Positions 10,784 to 25,312 of a stretch of 39,234 bases of DNA are shown here, piece after piece (the first letter of the stretch is position 1; each line of letters starts with the position of its first letter). The notes under the pieces are model-generated. The model was not told the DNA's origin. It made no database searches and saw only the letters and a list, made by a program, of their open reading frames with translations. The stretch covers positions 21,423 through 60,656 of the forward strand of contig JBNPEG010000116.1 of NCBI GenBank assembly GCA_051117555.1, read 5' to 3'. The translations under genes and the position numbers were made by a program. Source of the stretch: Elainellaceae cyanobacterium (GTDB lineage: Bacteria; Cyanobacteriota; Cyanobacteriia; CAZCXK01).

Positions 10784-10901
10784 AACTCGTATTGGAGTGA
10801 GAAATTAAATGCTAGACATCAGCAGTATCGGAGGTGTCAGAGATTCAGAACAGTTGCAAATATTGCCCAATCCTTCTTCCCTGACACCCGTTTCCCAATC
10901 A

Positions 10902-12440
<1,539 letters not shown>

Positions 12441-12643
12441 TCACAAACGGCGAATGGAATAATAAATCGGGAAGACGCTAAGGAATCAGGTATTACCTGC
12501 GTAACCTACAAATTATGCTTACACTGCATTCGAAACTAAGACGCGACGTAACCATGCTTTCTGAGCTTTTTCCAACCTTATGATCACTGACCACCCCAAA
12601 TCGATCGAGCAGATCAACGGGTAAATGCGAGACGCCATACCTA

Positions 12644-13201
12644 TCATGTCGTTGACGTCAGACGAACGCCAATCCGGCGCAATTGTCCACGCAAACTCGC
12701 ATCAATGACCTGAGAACCCACTTTAATAATCACACCACCTATTAAGTCTGGATCAACATGAGTCTCAAGTTCAACCTGATTCGCGCTAGTCATTTCGACA
12801 ACCTTTTGACGAATAGATTCTTGCTGGGCATCACTTAGCTCAACAGCAGAGACAATCTCGGCTAATACCGTCCGATTCAATTCACGGCGTAAGGCTTGAT
12901 ACTGCTTACAGATTCCTTCCAAGAACAGGATTCGCCCCTTATCAACCAACAGCATCAAAAAGTTAAAGGTATATGGATGAATTCTATCAGCGACAACCTG
13001 CCTCAAGACCGACTTTTTATCGTCAGCCCTCATCAAAGGATGAGATAAAAATTGACTCAGATCGTCTGATTCATTCAAAAGACCCAGCAGTATGGCAACA
13101 TCCTCGCCAAATCGCTCGACTAAATCATTTGACTTTGCAACAGACATCAGTGCCTGAGCATAGGGAGATACAATTTCAGTCGCAACCGCGCTTCCTTTCA
13201 C
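12644..13201 (-). CDS. atpH: ATP synthase F1 delta subunit (cyanobacterial atpD)
   Basis: PYAQAL, NFLMLLVDKGR and VDPDLIGGVIIKVGSQVIDAS. GTG start overlaps the atpF stop. Confidence 0.96.
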   Translation of the reverse strand: MKGSAVATEIVSPYAQALMSVAKSNDLVERFGEDVAILLGLLNESDDLSQFLSHPLMRADDKKSVLRQVVADRIHPYTFNFLMLLVDKGRILFLEGICKQYQALRRELNRTVLAEIVSAVELSDAQQESIRQKVVEMTSANQVELETHVDPDLIGGVIIKVGSQVIDASLRGQLRRIGVRLTSTT

Positions 13202-13740
13202 AGACGACCTCCTAACATACCAATACTGCGATCGACTAACTGCTGCTGTGCGGTGTCGTCAAGCTCTGACTTTAATTGAGATTCAACCTGCTGAATTGCC
13301 ATCTCAGCAACCCTTTGGCGCAGTTCTGCAATAATTTTCTCTTGCTGAGATGTCAGATCTTGAGCTGCAGCATTTCTCAACCGCTCAATATCACGTTGCG
13401 CCTGCTCTAGAATCGTCTCCCGTGCTGCTTTGGCATTTTCCTCGGCATTTGCTTTGATGCGAGCTGCCTCAGTTTGCGCCTGAGCTAATAACTGCTGTTT
13501 TTCTGCCAATGCTGCCGATGCTTTCCGCTTACGCTCCTCGGCTTCCCTAATTGCTGCTTCAATCTCTGAGCGGCGATCGCTGAGAGTCTTCCCCAAAAAC
13601 TTTCGCCCAAAAACGATTAGAACAGCAATGATAATCACAAGATTGATAATGTTTGTGTCTAAAAGATCTAAATTTAGACCAAACCCATGCTCTTCAATAC
13701 CTTCTGAAACAGAAGCAAATAATACCTCTACAGTCCCCAT
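13198..13740 (-). CDS. atpF: ATP synthase F0 subunit b
   Basis: FGLNLDLLDTNIINL, then a TM helix and a long coiled coil. ATG at 13740 preferred over the TTG at 13779. Confidence 0.93.
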   Translation of the reverse strand: MGTVEVLFASVSEGIEEHGFGLNLDLLDTNIINLVIIIAVLIVFGRKFLGKTLSDRRSEIEAAIREAEERKRKASAALAEKQQLLAQAQTEAARIKANAEENAKAARETILEQAQRDIERLRNAAAQDLTSQQEKIIAELRQRVAEMAIQQVESQLKSELDDTAQQQLVDRSIGMLGGRL

Positions 13741-13824
13741 AATGCTAAAGCCCGTCTGCTTAGTCTTCCAGTGTTCCAATCAATGAATTAGTGAACGAGT
13801 TGCTACCTACCTAGCCAACCTCGT

Positions 13825-14331
13825 TTATCCGACCGGGTGAGAACCCAAAAGCTTATCTAAAATCTGTCGGCTGAGTGAATCAACTTGCTGCTCAAGAGAA
13901 CTCATCGCCTCTTGCTTTTGTTGCTCAAGCTCTTGTTGCACTTGCTCCCGTCGGGCTTGAGCCTCCTTTTGAACATCCGCAATCTGTTGCGCAGCAACCT
14001 TCTGCGCTTCAGCCTGAGCAGAGGCAATAATATCTTGAGCCTCTCGGCGGGTCGATGCTAAATCTCGCTCATATTGTTCGGCCAAACGCTTCGTCTTTTC
14101 TAGACGCTCTTCTGCATCTGCAATATTGGTGCGGATATAGCCATCGCGTTCGTCAATGGACTTGCTGAGAGGTTTGTAGAAGACCACGTTCAAAACGGCG
14201 ACCAACAATAGGAATTGAATCGCCATCAAGGGCAAGGTGGCGTTGATATCAAACAACCCCCCACCCACGTCAATCTCTTCAGCAACCTCAGCGCCAGCTT
14301 CAACAGCCAGCAAAAGTATTGAATGAATCAT
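13825..14331 (-). CDS. atpF2: ATP synthase F0 subunit b' (cyanobacterial atpG)
   Basis: [32 protein letters not shown] followed by a coiled coil, at the expected operon position. Confidence 0.94.
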   Translation of the reverse strand: MIHSILLLAVEAGAEVAEEIDVGGGLFDINATLPLMAIQFLLLVAVLNVVFYKPLSKSIDERDGYIRTNIADAEERLEKTKRLAEQYERDLASTRREAQDIIASAQAEAQKVAAQQIADVQKEAQARREQVQQELEQQKQEAMSSLEQQVDSLSRQILDKLLGSHPVG

Positions 14332-14407
14332 ATCGCGTCGCCTATGCCTTCAAGCGGGCTTAGATAACCTAACTCTGTAGAACACCACCATATTTCAACG
14401 AAAAATC

Positions 14408-14445
14408 GAGCAGGCAGAGGAATTTAGCCCCTGCCTAAACTGCTC
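14408..14445 (-). promoter_or_regulatory. Stem-loop immediately 3' of the c-subunit gene (probable mRNA-stabilising or partial-termination hairpin)
   Basis: GAGCAG-GCAGAGG...CCCTGCC-TAAA-CTGCTC inverted repeat, 8 nt past the atpE stop. Confidence 0.55.
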
Positions 14446-14453
14446 AAAATGCC

Positions 14454-14708
<255 letters not shown>

Positions 14709-14888
14709 TTACCTCAGACAAAATTAAATGAACGTCAACTTAACCATCATTATTAACCGCGATTAACACGCTTAATAAGATTTCAATCGGGCTGCAAAGC
14801 TTGACTTAGCAAACCGTGCAACCAAACCTCGCCATCCATGATTTAGACACAATCACATAGGGTTGCATCTTTCATGGGAGAAGACACC

Positions 14889-15647
14889 TCAATGCTCCTC
14901 ATGCTCTTCGCCATGATCTTCCATCGCTTCCCCGATGTACGCAGCCGCCAAGGTGGCAAAGATGAGAGCCTGAATCGCGCTAGTAAACAGACCTAGCGCC
15001 ATTAGAGGCAGAGGTACAAACAAGGGAACCAGGAAGACCAACACCGCGACTACCAACTCGTCTGCCAAGATATTTCCAAACAGTCGGAAGCTCAACGAAA
15101 GGGGCTTCGTAAAGTCTTCGATGATCTTAAACGGCAGCATAAAGGGAACCGGATGGACATAATTGCCAAAATATCCCAACCCTTTTTTGTTAAAACCGGC
15201 GTAGAAATACGCCAAGGACGTCAGTAGCGCTAGCGCAACGGTCGTATTAATGTCATTTGTTGGGGCTGCCAACTCTCCCTCTGGAAGCTCGATGAGCTTT
15301 AGCGGAACTAATGCACCTGTCCAATTACAGACGAAAATGAACAAAAATAATGTGCCAACAAACGGCACCCAGGGACGATACTCCTTCTCGCCGATCTGGT
15401 TTTTTGCCAAATCTCTAATGAACTCTAGTGCATACTCCATCAGGTTCTGAAAGCCAGATGGAACCATCTCGACTTTCCGAGTTGCCAAGATTGAAACCGC
15501 AATTAGAATAGCAATCACAATCCAGGATGCTAAAAACACCTGACCATGAAGTCTGAGGTTGCCAATCTGCCAGTAGAGATGACTTCCGACTTCTAATTCA
15601 GCAAGAGGACACAAGTTGAAAGCATTCAAAGAGTTCAGCATTTCCAT
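14889..15647 (-). CDS. atpB: ATP synthase F0 subunit a (cyanobacterial atpI)
   Basis: [31 protein letters not shown] and SAIQALIF. Confidence 0.98.
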   Translation of the reverse strand: MEMLNSLNAFNLCPLAELEVGSHLYWQIGNLRLHGQVFLASWIVIAILIAVSILATRKVEMVPSGFQNLMEYALEFIRDLAKNQIGEKEYRPWVPFVGTLFLFIFVCNWTGALVPLKLIELPEGELAAPTNDINTTVALALLTSLAYFYAGFNKKGLGYFGNYVHPVPFMLPFKIIEDFTKPLSLSFRLFGNILADELVVAVLVFLVPLFVPLPLMALGLFTSAIQALIFATLAAAYIGEAMEDHGEEHEEH

Positions 15648-15692
15648 TCGTATGGGTTCCCTAGCTAAGCTTCAGGAGAATCAAAAACCTAA

Positions 15693-16151
15693 TTAGTTTA
15701 AATCAGGAATGAGCGCTGTTCGCAGAACATAGATCATGAGAGCCGCTTTATAGGTTAGAAACCCCAAAAAAATTGGTAATATCTCTAGCTGATTAAGCCG
15801 AGATGCTACGACAATCAACCCAACGATCAACGCAAGCCGAGCGCTGCCCAACTGGCTTCGTTGTCTGCCAAGCTGCTCAACATTCTTGGCTAACAACCTC
15901 AAGTAAACCACACCCGTGCACGCTCCGATCACATAGTTGAGTGCGGTATTTAAGGAGTAAACAGCCCAGACAGAGATGAAAATTATTCCCGCTAACGCGA
16001 AAGTTACGATTAGCAATTCTCGCTGTAGACGAAAATATTCTTGCATCGATGCATCTGGATCTGGCGAAAGCTTAGACTGATCAGTCTGACCAGAGGCTTC
16101 GTCAGGAGAGGCTGCGGATGGTGTTTCAACAGGATAATCGGGCGAATTCAC
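15693..16151 (-). CDS. atpI: ATP synthase protein I (Atp1)
   Basis: First gene of the operon. [28 protein letters not shown] and [16 protein letters not shown] start. Confidence 0.9.
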   Translation of the reverse strand: MNSPDYPVETPSAASPDEASGQTDQSKLSPDPDASMQEYFRLQRELLIVTFALAGIIFISVWAVYSLNTALNYVIGACTGVVYLRLLAKNVEQLGRQRSQLGSARLALIVGLIVVASRLNQLEILPIFLGFLTYKAALMIYVLRTALIPDLN

Positions 16152-16302
16152 AAACTTTAAAACCAGTCAAAAATCACTGCTTGACCCTCAAGGGGTCGCT
16201 GCGAACCACAGGAGATCATATCACGCGAGGGTAACAATACTTAAAACTAAATGAAATCCGTGTCGGTTTTCATGACCAAATGAAGCTTAAGTAAGCGATC
16301 GC

Positions 16303-16347
16303 CCTAATTGTCCTGATTGCCCTAACTGTCCTGATCGCCCTGATTCT
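16303..16347. repeat. Degenerate 9-nt tandem repeat x5 upstream of the atp operon
   Basis: CCTAATTGT CCTGATTGC CCTAACTGT CCTGATCGC CCTGATTCT. Confidence 0.7.
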
Positions 16348-16429
16348 CTTTTCAGATGTTCCTCTGAATCTTCGTTTGAGCGAATCTTCATGAAGAATAC
16401 GCTAGGCTGATGGGCTGATGGGTCGTCCC

Positions 16430-17617
16430 TCAGGACGGGGTCACCATAATTAAATGTCGATGGAGGAGCGATCGCACCCCGTTGAGATCCAAGGGAACGT
16501 TAGCCAAAATATCAGCAATAGTGCGGTGATCGGAGCGATCGCACGCTTGAAGAAACTGATATTCGTCATTGCTTAGATTGACAATTTGATAGTCATAATT
16601 GAACAGCGTTTGACTAGGCCATCCGTCTATACAGGGATTTAGCTCTGGAATTGCGCTGAGTAATGCGTCATCCGATGACCAATCGGCATGGGGCAATGGA
16701 GGACGAGCCAGGAAAAATTCGTAATGAGAAATGTCAGGATCGAGCAACTCGATCAACCGATAGCGTTGGCGATCGCTCAGGTGGTTGGCTCGTTGCATGA
16801 GATCGGGAGCCTTGCCCAAGAGACGCTCCAATGACCAGTAGTGGGGATTAGAAAACCCCACAAAATCTAGCCCAGAGGCATCGATTAGCTCAAATAATGA
16901 CTCGATGGTGTAGTCCACCTCTTGCGGGTGCACGTACATATCTGCAAAGTTTTCATCGCGCTGATTTTCTAGCGACCACCTTTCTTGTTCTCGCTTCACC
17001 AGCCGATTCGTCTCTGGGAGTGTCGAAAAAATCTGTCGCCCCACCCGAACGCCGTCTTGATAATCACCGCGGCGATCGCCTTGCAGAAGGGCGATCGCCT
17101 GCTGCATGAGTCGAATTTCCCAGCGTCCCAACTCAGCGTAGACAAAAATGTGCATCAGCCCGCCGGGTGCCAACTTGGGTGCAAGTGCCTGAATGCCGCG
17201 AATCGGATCAGGCAGGTGGTGCAACACGCCGACGCAGTTAATTAGTTGGAACTCACCCGGTAGCTGTTCTGCATCATAAAGACTGAGATGATGAAATTCG
17301 ACCTGAGTTGCCCCGGAGGCTTGACACCGCGATCGCGCCACGTCTAACGCGCCCACACTTAGGTCAACCCCAACAACATGAGCTTGGGGATTGAGATGAA
17401 CCAAGTATTCTGTCCCTACACCAGTCCCGCATCCCGCATCCAGAATGCGAATGTCTTGGCGGGCTGGTTTTTGCCCGGTGCAGAAGCTGTAGGCCGCCAG
17501 CCAATTCCATCGCCAGTTGTAGCCGGGGGGTGGCTCGTCTAATAGAGGTTCTGGCGGAAATGGATAGGTGTTATAAAGACTGGCAACCGCCGCACTAATC
17601 GATTCAGAGTCTGACAT
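16430..17617 (-). CDS. cpcM: Class I SAM methyltransferase, probable phycobiliprotein beta-subunit asparagine methyltransferase CpcM
   Basis: SAM motif ILDAGCGTG, GVDLS and CVGVLHHLPDP. 395 aa, upstream of and divergent from apcE, the position I recall for cpcM. The target motif PGGNMY is present in ApcB here. The name rests on synteny and size. Confidence 0.78.
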   Translation of the reverse strand: MSDSESISAAVASLYNTYPFPPEPLLDEPPPGYNWRWNWLAAYSFCTGQKPARQDIRILDAGCGTGVGTEYLVHLNPQAHVVGVDLSVGALDVARSRCQASGATQVEFHHLSLYDAEQLPGEFQLINCVGVLHHLPDPIRGIQALAPKLAPGGLMHIFVYAELGRWEIRLMQQAIALLQGDRRGDYQDGVRVGRQIFSTLPETNRLVKREQERWSLENQRDENFADMYVHPQEVDYTIESLFELIDASGLDFVGFSNPHYWSLERLLGKAPDLMQRANHLSDRQRYRLIELLDPDISHYEFFLARPPLPHADWSSDDALLSAIPELNPCIDGWPSQTLFNYDYQIVNLSNDEYQFLQACDRSDHRTIADILANVPLDLNGVRSLLHRHLIMVTPS

Positions 17618-17912
17618 AAAAACTATGGCGAAAAACTATGGCGATCCGGATGGCGATCGCCGCATGGATGGATTGATTATTCATTATGCAAGATGACGCA
17701 GTATCACGCGAACTAGAGTTCCAATCACTGACGACGGCATTCTGCGTTATTGCTGCATAAAATTCTTAGCTTTCTCTCACGGCATCTTCTGGGTGCTCTC
17801 ACGAGTAACTCAGCATCAGACGACATTCTTTACCTAAGAGAAGAAACCGACGAGAAGAAGAAGCAACCGTGCTGATTACGCTTTTTTTAAGGAGATTTCT
17901 AAGGAGAACATT

Positions 17913-18476
17913 ATGAACCGATGGTTGATTGGCATATCTCTGATCGCGAGCGTGGCGATCGCAGCCTGTGGCGAAAATCCTTCCCCAGTGTCCGAACCAG
18001 AGCCGATTCCCGAAACGACGACTGACGAAACCGCAGCACCCTCTAATGGCGCTCCCGCCGATACGGCATCGGCAGATACCAGCCCCTCTTCAGACCAGGC
18101 ATCAGAACCATCTTCAGAATCATCGCAACCTCTTCCAACAGGCAGCTTTGTATCAGGAGAACATCCTACCCAAGGCGCTGTCAGCATCATCGAAGAAAAT
18201 GGACAGCGCTATGTCGAATTTGCCAACGACTTCCAAACCGATAGCGGACCTGATTTATTCGTCATCCTGCACCAGTCAGAGGATGTAATTGGCTCGACAC
18301 TTCCCCCCGCTCACCCCATCGAAGAAGGAGACTATATAACGCTTGCCCCCCTCCAAACCGTCAGCGGCAGCCAACGATATCCCGTTCCTGAAACGGTCAA
18401 CCTAGATGACTACCGATCCGTTGCAATTTGGTGTCGGCAGTTTAATGCCACGTTTGGAGCCGCCTCAATAAACTAA
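17913..18476 (+). CDS. DM13 domain lipoprotein
   Basis: Signal peptide with lipobox-like IAAC, a P/S/T-rich linker, then GSFVSGEHPTQG, GPDLFVIL, GSQRYPVP and SVAIWCRQFNATFGAA. AAGGAG RBS. Confidence 0.88.
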   Translation: MNRWLIGISLIASVAIAACGENPSPVSEPEPIPETTTDETAAPSNGAPADTASADTSPSSDQASEPSSESSQPLPTGSFVSGEHPTQGAVSIIEENGQRYVEFANDFQTDSGPDLFVILHQSEDVIGSTLPPAHPIEEGDYITLAPLQTVSGSQRYPVPETVNLDDYRSVAIWCRQFNATFGAASIN

Positions 18477-18503
18477 TTCTGCAGAATACGATTCTGCAGA
18501 ATT
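18475..18503. repeat. Compound palindrome at the DM13 gene stop
   Basis: AATTCTGCAGAAT-ACG-ATTCTGCAGAATT: two copies of the palindrome ATTCTGCAGAAT. Confidence 0.65.
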
Positions 18504-18872
18504 GTCACCCAAGCGTTTAACGACATTTCCGCAAAAAATTCTCGCGCAGACCGCGATTTCAAAAGTAACAAAACTTATACTTCTTCTCAGGTTTCTGAGA
18601 GTTTTCCCCTATGATGACTTTGGAAATACATCGTAAGGGTAATGACACACTTTTTAATAAATCGATGTGTCATGACCGAAACGTTTTAATCTAAAAATTG
18701 AGCTAGTCGGTGTTAGCTATTTACCTGAATGAACATCAGTCGCTTTGCTCTACAGCCTTATCTGAAGACATGAAGCAAGCAACGATGTCCGGGGCTGTTC
18801 ATTGAAGGTTCACTAGCTAGTGCCATTCTGGGCAAACTCTTTTTGCAATTCACGTTTGAAGGGAGCTTTTGA

Positions 18873-21584
<2,712 letters not shown>

Positions 21585-21656
21585 TCAATACCGAGGGGTC
21601 GCAGTCAGCGGTGCATACCCTCACGTAAATTGGAGTTTATCCAAGCGTTAGCCGAC

Positions 21657-21696
21657 ATTAGGCAGATGTTCTGCTCGGTGTGGACATCTGTCTAAT
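21657..21696 (+). terminator. Hairpin downstream of apcE
   Basis: ATTAGGCAGATGTTC...GGACATCTGTCTAAT, preceded by a second hairpin at 21593-21622. There is no strong U-tract. Confidence 0.5.
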
Positions 21697-22255
21697 AGTA
21701 AAGAATGGATGTTCAGCACGTAGAGAGAGTGTGTTCCAAATTTTGTGTAATTAAGTGTGTTTGCCCTGGCAATGCGGAGCCTAACGTCTCGCTCACATCC
21801 CCCAGGTTAGGGCACACGCGACCGAGGACGGTCGCACTTACACGAAAATCTAAACGCTCTCATGATTTCGCCCTCTTAGCAGACGGGCAATTTTTGATGC
21901 GGTTTATTAGAGAGGTTTTCTACTCTCGCTCTACTCAATTTCTGGACGTCAGGCAAATCTTCTACTAAAGCCATCGATTCACAAACATGAGCAGTACTGT
22001 TACAAAATATTGCGAACAGACTAAGAATGTGAACTGAATGCCGCAAAATATTTGCGGAAGGTAGCTAAGCTTAACCACCTGAGTACATCGAGCTGTACTA
22101 CAACGAGGTTACTTAGGGCGAAGTGTGAAGATACCTGATTTAACCAGTCGCCTGGCTGCAAGTTATTCAGTGATTTGTTGCATTAGGCACCCTCGCTCCC
22201 TTACGAGCGGCTTTAAGCATACCTGGTTACATTATTCTTTTGGAGGAATCCATCG

Positions 22256-22741
22256 ATGAGTATTGTCACGAAGTCAATCGTGAATGCCGATGCCGAGGCA
22301 CGTTACCTCAGCCCTGGTGAACTTGACCGGATTAAGTCCTTTGTTTCGTCTGGTGAGCGCCGCCTGCGGATTGCTCAAGTTCTCACTGAGTCCCGCGAGC
22401 GGATCGTTAAGCAAGCAGGGGATGCGCTGTTCCAAAAGCGGCCTGATGTCGTTTCTCCCGGTGGAAACGCATATGGGGAAGAAATGACTGCCACCTGCCT
22501 GCGCGATATGGACTACTATTTGCGCTTGATCACATACGGCATCGTTTCTGGCGATGTTACACCGATTGAAGAGATTGGCATCGTCGGCGTCCGTGAGATG
22601 TACAAGTCTCTAGGCACTCCTATCGAAGCAGTTGCACAAGGCATTTCTGAAATGAAGGGTGCAGCAGTTGGAATGATGTCAGCAGATGATGCTGCTGATG
22701 CTGCTTCCTACTTCGACTACGTTATCGGTGCTATGCAATAA
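22256..22741 (+). CDS. apcA: Allophycocyanin alpha subunit
   Basis: [27 protein letters not shown] and TATCLRD (bilin Cys). GGAGG RBS. Confidence 0.99.
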   Translation: MSIVTKSIVNADAEARYLSPGELDRIKSFVSSGERRLRIAQVLTESRERIVKQAGDALFQKRPDVVSPGGNAYGEEMTATCLRDMDYYLRLITYGIVSGDVTPIEEIGIVGVREMYKSLGTPIEAVAQGISEMKGAAVGMMSADDAADAASYFDYVIGAMQ

Positions 22742-22821
22742 GCGTGGCTGTTCTAGTTTAGGAAGACGTTAGCGTGTCATTTGATACGACAACTATCTAA
22801 GTTATTGAGGAACTGGAGATT

Positions 22822-23307
22822 ATGCAAGACGCAATCACCTCTGTTATCAACTCGTCTGATGTTCAAGGCAAGTACCTTGACGGTGCCGCAATGGAAAAGC
22901 TGAAGGGCTATTTCCAAACGGGTGAACTTCGGGTTCGTGCTGCAACGACTATTAGTGCAAATGCGGCAGCAATCGTTAAAGAAGCAGTAGCAAAGTCTCT
23001 GCTGTATTCTGACATTACTCGCCCCGGTGGAAATATGTATACCACCCGTCGCTATGCTGCATGCATCCGCGATTTGGATTACTATTTGCGCTATTCTACT
23101 TACGCAATGCTAGCGGGCGATCCTTCCATTCTGGACGAGCGAGTTCTAAATGGATTGAAGGAAACCTACAATTCATTGGGCGTTCCCGTTGGTGCAACCG
23201 TTCAGGCAATCCAAGCGATGAAAGAAGTCACCGCTAGCTTGGTTGGCGCTGACGCCGGCAAAGAAATGGGTGTTTACTTCGACTATATCTGCTCTGGCTT
23301 GAGCTAG
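22822..23307 (+). CDS. apcB: Allophycocyanin beta subunit
   Basis: [20 protein letters not shown] and [18 protein letters not shown]. Confidence 0.99.
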   Translation: MQDAITSVINSSDVQGKYLDGAAMEKLKGYFQTGELRVRAATTISANAAAIVKEAVAKSLLYSDITRPGGNMYTTRRYAACIRDLDYYLRYSTYAMLAGDPSILDERVLNGLKETYNSLGVPVGATVQAIQAMKEVTASLVGADAGKEMGVYFDYICSGLS

Positions 23308-23605
23308 TTCAGAATGATAGATGAGATGAGCTTTGAGTTGGGGATATAGGTTCTCATTCAACGCTCGACACTAACCGCTCGAAACCCTTTTGAGGTCTGG
23401 GAAGTCAGGAGTGAGTGTTAGGTAGTCATTGGCTAATCAACGATGTTGCTTGTGACAGTCTAGGATTGACTCTTGACTCCCGACTCTCGATTAAAAATCG
23501 GTTAAAAAGGCATATATCATCAGAAATTTTTGAGGCTCGACGTTTTATTTAAGCTTCGATTCATTATCGCAAGTCTTTATCGGCACAATTGGGAGAAATC
23601 GACCT

Positions 23606-23809
23606 ATGCGCATGTTCAAGGTAACTGCCTGTGTTCCTAGCCAAACTCGGATTCGGACTCAACGCGAGTTGCAAAATACTTATTTTACGAAACTCGTCCC
23701 CTACGCAAACTGGTTTCGTGAACAGCAACGCATTATGAAAATGGGTGGCAAAATTGTGAAAGTTGAGCTAGCAACGGGCAAGCCTGGCACCAATACAGGG
23801 CTTCTTTAG
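23606..23809 (+). CDS. apcC: Phycobilisome 7.8 kDa core linker
   Basis: MRMFKVTACVPSQTRIRTQRELQNTYFTKLVPY. Confidence 0.99.
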   Translation: MRMFKVTACVPSQTRIRTQRELQNTYFTKLVPYANWFREQQRIMKMGGKIVKVELATGKPGTNTGLL

Positions 23810-23877
23810 ATCTAAGCTTGCTGGCTTCGTTGGGTTTTGTGTGGGGGGTTATTACTCTTTAGTGTTGTGGATTTAGG

Positions 23878-23902
23878 AGGAGTCAATGGTGACTCCTTTT
23901 TT
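23878..23902 (+). terminator. Rho-independent terminator of apcABC
   Basis: AGGAGTCA-ATGG-TGACTCCT followed by a T run. Confidence 0.8.
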
Positions 23903-24026
23903 GTGTTTGATATACGATTGATGATTATGGCAATGTGCAAGTGTTGGATACACTCAAATCGATGCTATTCGATAAGCTGTTCTACGAAAGGCGTGATTTG
24001 GACGGGCGATCGCCCGGATATTGGCT

Positions 24027-25184
24027 GTGAAATTTCGCCATCTGATTCCTGTATTTGACCCATCTGTCAAGGAATGGGCATTCGATGCCCGATTGTTACG
24101 ATGGCTGACGTTTCTTTGGTTACTGATCGGGTTAGCTGCATTATTCTCAGCATCCTATGTGGTAGCCGATCAAGACTTTGGCGATGGGCTCCACTACTTT
24201 AAGACTCAAATTCTTTGGATCTGTATCGGGATGGTGGGGTTCAACATCCTTGTTCACTCACCGCTTCGGTATATCCTGAGCATCACAGACTGGCTTTTTC
24301 TGCTGATCTTGGGTTTAGTCGTGGCGACCTTGATACCCGGTTTAGGAACCACTGTTTCGGGGGCAACGCGTTGGCTCGCGATCGGTTCATTTGGAATTCA
24401 GCCATCAGAACTCATTAAACCCTTGCTAGTGCTCCAAAGCGCTCGTATTTTTGGAGGATGGCATCGCCTCACCAAGACGACACGGGCAAGCTGGCTGGGT
24501 ATTTTTCTGGTCACGTTGGTTATTATTTTGCTTCAGCCCAATTTAAGTACGGCAGCGTTATGCGGGCTCGTCATCTGGCTTATGGCGCTGAGTTCGGGAC
24601 TACCTTATCGCTATTTGATGGGTACGGCTCTGGGCGGGCTTTTCCTAGCGACTATTAGCATTAGCCTCCAAGACTATCAACGTCGGCGTTTGACATCTTT
24701 TTTAGATCCGTGGGCGTATGCAAGCCAAGATAGCTATCAGCTAATTCAGAGCTTGATTGCGATCGGATCGGGAGGAGTGTGGGGAACCGGGTTTGGACTG
24801 TCTCACCAAAAGTTGTTCTACTTGCCAATCCAATATACGGACTTTATTTTCGCAGTATTTGCAGAAGAATTTGGCTTAATCGGCAGTTTGCTATTGCTGA
24901 CGCTGCTTGCAGCATACGCAACGTTGGGACTTCGAGTTGCGATTAAATGTAATCATCCAGTGCACCAGCTCATCGCGATAGGTGCAGTCGTTTTGCTGGT
25001 CGGACAGGCTCTGCTTAATATTGGCGTCGCGACGGGGGCATTACCCACCACGGGCTTACCCTTTCCAATGTTGAGTTATGGCGGCAGCTCGATGATTTCA
25101 AGCCTGCTTGCCGCAGGTTTGCTGATTCGAGTTGCGCGTGAAAGCAGTGGAGCGGAAGTTATAGCGTTCAAACTCGCCAGGTGA
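24027..25184 (+). CDS. ftsW: SEDS family peptidoglycan polymerase FtsW
   Basis: GATRW, IQPSELIK, LQPNLST, YQLIQSLIAIGSGG, LPIQYTDFIFAVFAEEFG and PMLSYGGSS. GTG start at 24027, or TTG at 24021. Confidence 0.9.
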   Translation: MKFRHLIPVFDPSVKEWAFDARLLRWLTFLWLLIGLAALFSASYVVADQDFGDGLHYFKTQILWICIGMVGFNILVHSPLRYILSITDWLFLLILGLVVATLIPGLGTTVSGATRWLAIGSFGIQPSELIKPLLVLQSARIFGGWHRLTKTTRASWLGIFLVTLVIILLQPNLSTAALCGLVIWLMALSSGLPYRYLMGTALGGLFLATISISLQDYQRRRLTSFLDPWAYASQDSYQLIQSLIAIGSGGVWGTGFGLSHQKLFYLPIQYTDFIFAVFAEEFGLIGSLLLLTLLAAYATLGLRVAIKCNHPVHQLIAIGAVVLLVGQALLNIGVATGALPTTGLPFPMLSYGGSSMISSLLAAGLLIRVARESSGAEVIAFKLAR

Positions 25185-25312
25185 TCAGACAACCTTGACT
25201 AACGCCCCGACGGAGCCATTTCGATAGAATAAGACAAGAAAGACACGTCAAGACATCATGATCAATCTAATGCCCTTGTGTCTAGTCGTTAGGAGAATGG
25301 TTGTCAGTCAAC

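Noticed and set aside
18566..18580. NtcA-like GTA...TAC upstream of apcE (also at 22083 and 29461)
   Set aside because: Spacing is not N8 in any case.
21705..21968. 87-aa ORF between apcE and apcA
   Set aside because: No recognisable motif or RBS, atypical composition, and it lies in the promoter spacer.
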